In this document: piece by piece, positions 57,525 through 64,000 of the stretch
How positions within the stretch are numbered: the first letter of the stretch is position 1
Layout: each line of letters starts with the position of its first letter
Source: Entomortierella parvispora E1425
Lineage: Eukaryota; Fungi; Mortierellomycota
Direction of reading: 5' to 3'
Assembly (NCBI GenBank): GCA_020891255.1
Contig: BQFW01000008.1
Span: 1,674,001-1,738,000, forward strand
DNA length: 64,000 bases
Translations under genes and position numbers: made by a program
Notes under the pieces: model-generated
What the model saw: the letters and a program-made list of their open reading frames with translations, nothing else
Databases searched by the model: none
Told to the model about the DNA's origin: nothing

Positions 57525-59164
57525 ATGACGCAAATGCGCTCCTCCACAAAAAAGTCCACAACAGTGGCCTTGATCGGGTCCATGGCCTTGATCATGTCCG
57601 CCATCTCTTCTACTACGTTGGTCGAAGGTGCCGCCAAGATTCCTCACAAGGCAGACATATCTCATCCCAAGGGAACCAGTCCTTGGCCTAAGTACGGCGA
57701 AAAGCCAGAGGCAAACACACCAGAGATCAAAGCCTGGTCAAAGTTGGTGGATTGGTCCAAGGTCCCTAAGTTGCCTGTCCGAAAGACCAAATCGCCCGGT
57801 GATCCACCAGACTGCCCCAAGAACGACCCTCCAAAAAGTGATTGTTGGTGGACCTGTTCAGGATGTTTCGCGCCTGATGATGTGTACGAATGCCCTGGCA
57901 AGAAAGTGTGGGGACTGACCTTTGATGATGGCCCAGAACCGGGAGTAACCGAGAACTTGTTGGATCTTTTGGACGAGAAGAATGTCACGGCCACATTCTT
58001 TGTTACGGGAATGAAGTCTACTAAAGCTCCTTGGCTCTTGCAGGAGACCATCGACCGCGGCCATCATCTTGCTAGTCACAGTAATGCTTTCACGTCCCTG
58101 TCGTTGTATTGAGAGACCGTATCCTTGGAAGGCAGATTTATTTTTTTTGGATGCAAGGCTAACAGTGTATCTTCTTTCTCTTTACTCTTTTCTTAGCCTG
58201 GTCTCACTCTGGATTGACGACGTTGACCAACGAGGAGATTGTGGGCGAGCTCAAATGGACAGAGAAGTACATCTTTGACCACACAGGATACAAGGTCAAG
58301 TACTTCCGACCTCCTTATGGTAAGTAGGAAAACAGACAGCCTCGAAACAAAGTTCCTGTTTGTGCTCGACTCGAGAGGGAAAAACTTCCTTGCTGCCTCA
58401 TTCTTTATTCCAAAGAGGACCATTGACTTCATTTCTCGATATTTCACGCGTCCATTATTCCGCGTCTGCCCCACCCCTTTATTTCTTTCGTGATTTTTAC
58501 GACCTCGCGTGCAATGTCGCTAGCTGTGTAACGTTTCTTTTTTGTTGAACTGTTTCACCAACCTGGTCCTATTCCTTGTCTTTGTGCCTCATTCCCCGCA
58601 ATAGGTGATATTGACAACCGTGTTCGCGCCATTGCTCGCGAGCTTGGCTTCAAGACCGTGATCTGGTCTAGCGATTGGGACACACAGGATTGGCAGTTGC
58701 CCGAGAAGACTATTACCTCCAAGCAAATTGTAGGTATTTTCAAGGACGGTCTTTCAGAACTCCCTCGCCTTAAAAAGGGTGTCATCACCCTGGAGCACGA
58801 TGGCGATGCACAAATGGTCACCATGGCCCGAACTCTGCTCACCATGGGAGTCAAGAGCGGAATGAAACCTATGAATATCGCCAAGTGCATCGGTGATCCT
58901 ATCGGTTACAACGCTGTCCCCGCTCCCAAGGTCGCCGCTGTCAAGCCTGCTGCCCCTGCCCCTGCCCCTGCCAAGGAGGAGACCATTGCAAAGAACTCTG
59001 CACCATCACCGAAAGAGGAAGAGTCTCAAGAGAGTGGAGTGGAGGAGAGTGTGGAGACTGCCAGCAAGAAGACTTCATCTGCTAATGCTTCACGATTGGT
59101 GAACTCTGGCATTTCTGCTGCGTGTTGGTCTGTGGCTGCCGTTGCCGTTTCCTTTTTGCTTTAA
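57525..59164 (+). CDS. Chitin deacetylase / CE4 polysaccharide deacetylase, secreted, probably GPI-anchored (multi-exon)
   Basis: Signal-like N-terminus, CWWTCSGC, LTFDDGP, ATFFVTG, HHLASHS-WSH, YFRPPYGD, ITLEHD, and a hydrophobic C-terminus. Confidence 0.93.
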
Positions 59165-59325
59165 AACAACAAAAACCATTGATATTGATAATATCAATTA
59201 TACCCAGAAAAGGACGGACAATGTGTTTATTAGGACGCAGTGGGTGAGGGAATACAAAGAGAATAAACAAGCATGTACAGGCATACAGTTTTTTTTATTG
59301 CCATTGTCCAGGTCCTCCGTATTGC

Positions 59326-60851
59326 TTATTGTTGACTCTGATCAGGCAACAAAGACATGGCGATGGCCTGCTCCATCATAATCCTCTCAATATCTTCGTC
59401 GTTTTGGTCAACATATTCTCCCTGATCCGTGACCATGAACTCAGCAGGCAACGGAGCATCCATTCCTGTGAGTCGCGACTCTGTTGCTGGTGGGGAAGGT
59501 GGGGATCCTCCTAGACGATATCCTGCTCCACCAAATGTATCCGCACTGGACGACGATTTCTGTTTTTTATCCTCAATAGGCATCCGTGCGGCCATGTCAT
59601 CGACTTCGCACCGAGGTAAGAATGGTTTAGTCAGAACCATGGTATTATTGTTGAGTTCACGAGATTCCTGATCAACTTCGTCTCCCAGATAGTCGATGCG
59701 AGTTCTTTTCTGAGTCGAGGAGCTATTGTCAGAGAGCGTTGCTGTGGTGGTGCCAGTACCAGCCAAAGTAGATCCTGGCGAGGCGGGAGTCTCTGTGGTG
59801 GTTTGTTGGGCCTGGGCGGCCTTCTCACGATCTTCTAACCGCTTTCTTCGGATCCTCTCCATCTCCTGACGCTCTGTGAGGAAGGTGCTCTGTCCAGCAA
59901 TGGGTACCACTGGGGACGTTGTAGGCTCAGGTTCTGGCTTATTTGGGACAGAGGCCGCAATTTTTGAGGGTGTCGGTGAGGGCTTAGATGTTTCCTCCGC
60001 TACTTGCTTCGAGTCAGATGCTGCCGACTCCTCTTCCTTCTTTAATGGACGGACCACGAAAATGGAATATCCCTCCTGCTCGAGCTGAGATAGCGTCATG
60101 GACAGATAAATGGCTGACATGGGTTGGGGTCGTGGATGCAAAGAATTCAGGTCATACCACCGCTGCGTGGAGGGACCAAACCGACGGAGGGTGTACCAGT
60201 GCTGCTCCAAGTTGCAGATGAAAGCAGCCTCACGCCTGCAATTTGAAGAAAGGAAATGAGGTTTATGAGTTTTCGCCAAAGAGCAAAATAAGGTCAATAT
60301 CATAAGGAGCATATCGATCCTACGTACTCTGGTTGTGATTTGGCATCGCTGACTTCTTTGGCGCCCCAGGGGATTATCTGAACATTCCAAATGCTTAACG
60401 CGTGGCTCAGGACCTGTCATCAACATTTCGGTCTGAATTAGCAATCAAATAGATAGAGGTCCATGACGATGGCGAATTTGTTGAGCAATGTTGTATACCT
60501 GGACAGAAAAGAAGCCCGAGTCATCCATATTCTGACTCTTAACCTCTCTTGATCCAACTCCAGTGTTCCCAAGGGCATCCTGTTCCTGTTGATCCAGTTG
60601 ACTAGCCAGCTCCGCCAGGTCGATGGCTGTAAAATAGGGTCCTTGGAGCAGAGCATTCAGACAATGCTGGGCGCAAAGATTGCCCTCTTGCTTCAAATGA
60701 GATTCGGTTCAGAGCATGTAGCATAAGAGTAGACGTTAGATATCGATGAAGGAGTGCGACGGATGACTTTTAGTGTAAGAGGTACAGACGGAGCAACCAA
60801 CAAGCGGCGTGTGCCTACCTGCTCGTGAAATATATACGGGACGAGATCCAT
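59326..60851 (-). CDS. ATXN3: Ataxin-3-like Josephin deubiquitinase (multi-exon)
   Basis: YIFHEQ-QEGNLCAQHCLNALLQG, NMDDSGFFSVQV, AFICNLEQHWYTLRRFG, WYDLNS, and a C-terminal UIM-like MMEQAIAMSL. Confidence 0.92.
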
Positions 60852-61173
60852 CGTTACTTGTATGTATGCAGTGGGTAAACGAAGGGGGGGATTAAAGATA
60901 AAGAGTGCGGAAATAGGAACGGAGTGAAAGTGATGAGGATGAGGAGAGGAGCATGGGCAAAGACAATGGGCAAAGGAATGGGAAACGCAACACGGTCATT
61001 GCGTGGCGAAACCGCGTCCGCGCTTTATGCACTCGTGATCACGGGACTAGAATTTGGCTCCTCTTGCGTCTGTGGAGCTGCGGCTGGTCCAGACTCCAGA
61101 GCTCTCTTTCTTTTCTTTCTCCCATCATCCTTTGTCCTCCTATCAATACTACCGTTTCCTGCAGACCGCGATA

Positions 61174-62136
61174 ATGACGCCCCTCACAAAGCCGCTGGTA
61201 GACATAGAGACGACCAAAGACACCAGGCTCGGAAATGGACGTTGGCTGTCTCTGCACGAAGTCACCTTCAACGATCCTTCAGGAACAGAGCGCAAATGGG
61301 AGCTTTGTCGCCGGATCAAGCCTGCTGCTCCTGGTGCGGAAGCAGAGAACAAAGTCGGTGGAGCGTCAGTCGATTGTAAGAGCAATACCGACTACTCTTT
61401 GTTCAGCAGCTATCGAGACGTTTGATCTATGGTCAATGTTAATTCTGACTTGTTCAATTCACCATACCTTTCTTTAAGCGGTCGATGTTGTTGCCGTGGT
61501 CAAGAACTCGAAGGGCCAGGCAACCAATGTCATATTAGTGGTTCAGTACAGACCAGCTATTGCCTCTTTCTCCATCGAGTTTCCTTCAGGTCTCATCGAC
61601 GCAGGTGAGCAGCCCGAACAAGCAGCGCTCAGGGAGCTAGCAGAGGAAACCGGATTTAGCTCCGAAAGTGGACAGACGATCAAAGTCGTGCACTCGAGCA
61701 TGCCTGTCTCTTATGAGCCAGGTCTGACTGCATCCTGTACAATGATGGTCGTTGTCGAGGTAATGAAAAGGAAATGAAGTGATGTTTCGACAACGTGAAC
61801 ATAAAAAAAAGGTGTTGACTTCTTCTGGTTCTCATATTCTCGAATAGATCGAGATGGAGCAAAATGAACTCTCAGAGTCAGGTTTGCGCAAGACCAAGCT
61901 TGACGACGACGAGTGGAGTCTCCAGGTGGTCGTTTTGCCACTCACAGGGCTTCTGACGGCATTGAAAGGTAAGAGTCTTTTCTTGGTTCATAGGCAAACA
62001 CATACTCTCTAGATGTTTACGCATACATTCGATATCATTTCCTCTAGATCTCCAAGAGTCCGTTGGGGGCCCATCCAAACTGGTCATTGACAGTCGCCTC
62101 TATGCCTGGGCTGTCGGGCGTGAATTTTCGATCTAA
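61174..62136 (+). CDS. YSA1: Nudix hydrolase, ADP-ribose pyrophosphatase NUDT5/Ysa1-like (4 exons)
   Basis: RKWE..RR, LVVQYRPA, and the Nudix box EFPSGLIDAGEQPEQAALRELAEETG. Confidence 0.88.
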
Positions 62137-62331
62137 CTCCTGCGTGTTCTCAGGCACCTGCCCATGTCCACCTGCCCATGTCCGCCTGCCCATGCCTTGT
62201 ATATCGCCTCGATTTTTTTGCGGCATTAAAATTAAAATGGAAACAATGCGTTTAATGTTGGAGGTTCTATTATACATTTGTATGGAAGGAATATATGAGG
62301 AGAGAGAGAGAGAAGAGGAAGCAACACTTCC

Positions 62332-62985
62332 TTATGCAGTGGTGGTAGTGGTGGCAGTAGAGTTCTCGGAAATATCCATCATGGCCTCCTTTGCCTTCTT
62401 GGACTTGGTGTCAGCCCTCTGAAGTCCTGCTGCTGCGTCCGCCTCCGCCTGAGTATAAGGCTCCTCCTTCAACAGCTTTACTCTATTTCGACAAAAACAA
62501 TTTGGGATTTGAAAATGTTAGAGACCATGATACATCAGTCGGTCCATGCTGTAGCTTCTGTGCTCTTTCTTTTCCTACCTCTTCTTGTGGATCTTTCCTT
62601 TCTGATGTTCCTCGAGCGACACCTTGTTGATGTGGTGCTTACTATGTGGTAGGAGAGGAGAGAGGGAAAGGAGAGAGAAAGAGGGGGAGAAGAGTAGAGT
62701 TAATCCTTTGCTCGCCCGTTTCAATTATCCGCTCGATGCTAAAAGTTGAATCCAGCCAAGAGTGGATCAGCTCCATAAAACGACAACATACGCGCAAGGG
62801 ATGCAGTAGAACTGGCCAAGACCGGGCAACTCTGGGTCCAACTCAGGCTTCTCGAACTTTGCAGCGTTTTCAGGCTGGATATCACCATGGATCTGGTCGA
62901 GATCACGCATATAGCGCTTTGTGCGGTATTTGCGCTGAATATCGCGGATTCCCTTGTGCACTCTTGAGCGGCGAAGACGTCCCAT
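62332..62985 (-). CDS. BUD20: Zinc finger pre-60S factor Bud20/ZNF593 (3 exons)
   Basis: [10 protein letters not shown]...RDLDQIH..., [13 protein letters not shown], and [17 protein letters not shown]. Confidence 0.92.
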
Positions 62986-63306
62986 GATGGTAATGTGTTG
63001 ATGGTGATGGAGTAATGAGGGTATCAAACAAGAAAGGAGACCGAGGTTCGAAGGGTCGTTTGCTGCCTGCCTGTTTTTTTTTTTTTCTTTTTTTTGAGTG
63101 ACTGCTCTTACTGGTCCATGTTGTTGAAGTTCAAATTGAGTGCAAGGCGAAAGCCTGTTTTTGCAACTGTCACCGATTTCTACCTGATCGCACACGTTAT
63201 ATCCGCTCCCACATTTCGGAGCATGATGACCCCTCTGGCGGCATTTCGAAAAAGAGACTTGATCCGATCATCTCTCTTCAAACATCTCCATCTATACACA
63301 TTTACA

Positions 63307-63950
63307 ATGGCCGGCTTCCACCCCCATATGCCCGCTACCCGCTACTCGGCTGTTGCCAAGGTCCTCGGAGCCTCCATGTGGTTCTGGGTCATGTACAAGG
63401 CCAAGGAGGAGGGTCCCGTCGTTCTCGTACGTGCCTCTCGACACTCTAAACTTTTCCCTCTCATCATGGACCATTCAGGACTTCCCAACCCTCAGGACCA
63501 AAATAAGCGGGAACAGGGATGGATCCAAAATGGTGGTCAATGCAGGATATCGTATTCTGAGGGTTATGTCGCCTCCAACTCGCAGCTCGACACCTCTAGG
63601 CGCCGTACGACCAGCAGCCAGATTGACGCTATTCATAGAGATACAAAGATGCCGGAACGGAGAGGCGCGTTCACACCATTAGAGCAGCAATTGGAGACAC
63701 AGGAAACATTTCTCAGAAGAAAAACGACATCTTGTCTGCAGAGGACAGTCAATTGATACATAAAGGACCCTCGGAGGATATGTCCGGATAGTCGTGCATG
63801 GACGCGTCTATATGGCACCCTGATATTAACCAAAAGTTCTCAATTACTTACTTTTTATAATCCCTGTTCCTCTAGGGTCTCCGTCATCCTTGGGATGGCC
63901 ACGGTCACGGTCACGGACACGGACACAGCGCAGAGGGAGAGCACCATTAA
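63307..63950 (+). CDS. NDUFB2: Complex I accessory subunit NDUFB2/AGGG-like (exons 63307-63426, 63876-63950)
   Basis: Spliced product ...LGASMWFWVMYKAKEEGPVVL-GLRHPWDGHGHGHGHGH. Confidence 0.8.
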
Positions 63951-64000
63951 ATTTTGCCTCAGCACTCACCCGGACCAGAATCACTCAACACCTAGACCTT

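Overview
A gene-dense, intron-rich fungal window. An early-diverging, Mortierellaceae/Mucoromycota-like host is my inference from gene content. It holds about 29 host protein genes: NDUFC2-like, GUA1, YOS1, ADA3/NGG1, RPAP3, TYSND1, a GH20 hexosaminidase, an ArfGAP, an atypical kinase, an arrestin, a PIL1-like protein, GEP4, EBP, UBC12, IND1, PCT1, an SCP2 protein, an SR protein, SMARCC/Swi3, a chitin deacetylase, ataxin-3, a Nudix hydrolase, BUD20, NDUFB2 and a few hypotheticals. It also holds two divergent tRNA-Gln(CTG) genes, a 741-bp non-autonomous foldback/MITE-like element and a heavily disrupted ERG6/SMT pseudogene. The standout locus is 31879-37009, a five-exon gene of about 1,600 aa. 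It appears to fuse an N-terminal XPG/FEN1-type PIN 5'-nuclease domain to a C-terminal TnpB/Fanzor-type RuvC plus Zn-ribbon nuclease. The Fanzor-style rearranged catalytic triad (D, E, D) is intact. A hairpin cluster follows at the stop codon (candidate omega/guide RNA scaffold), and short direct repeats flank the locus. All family calls and splice sites were made by eye from motifs, with no database searches, so exon boundaries are approximate.
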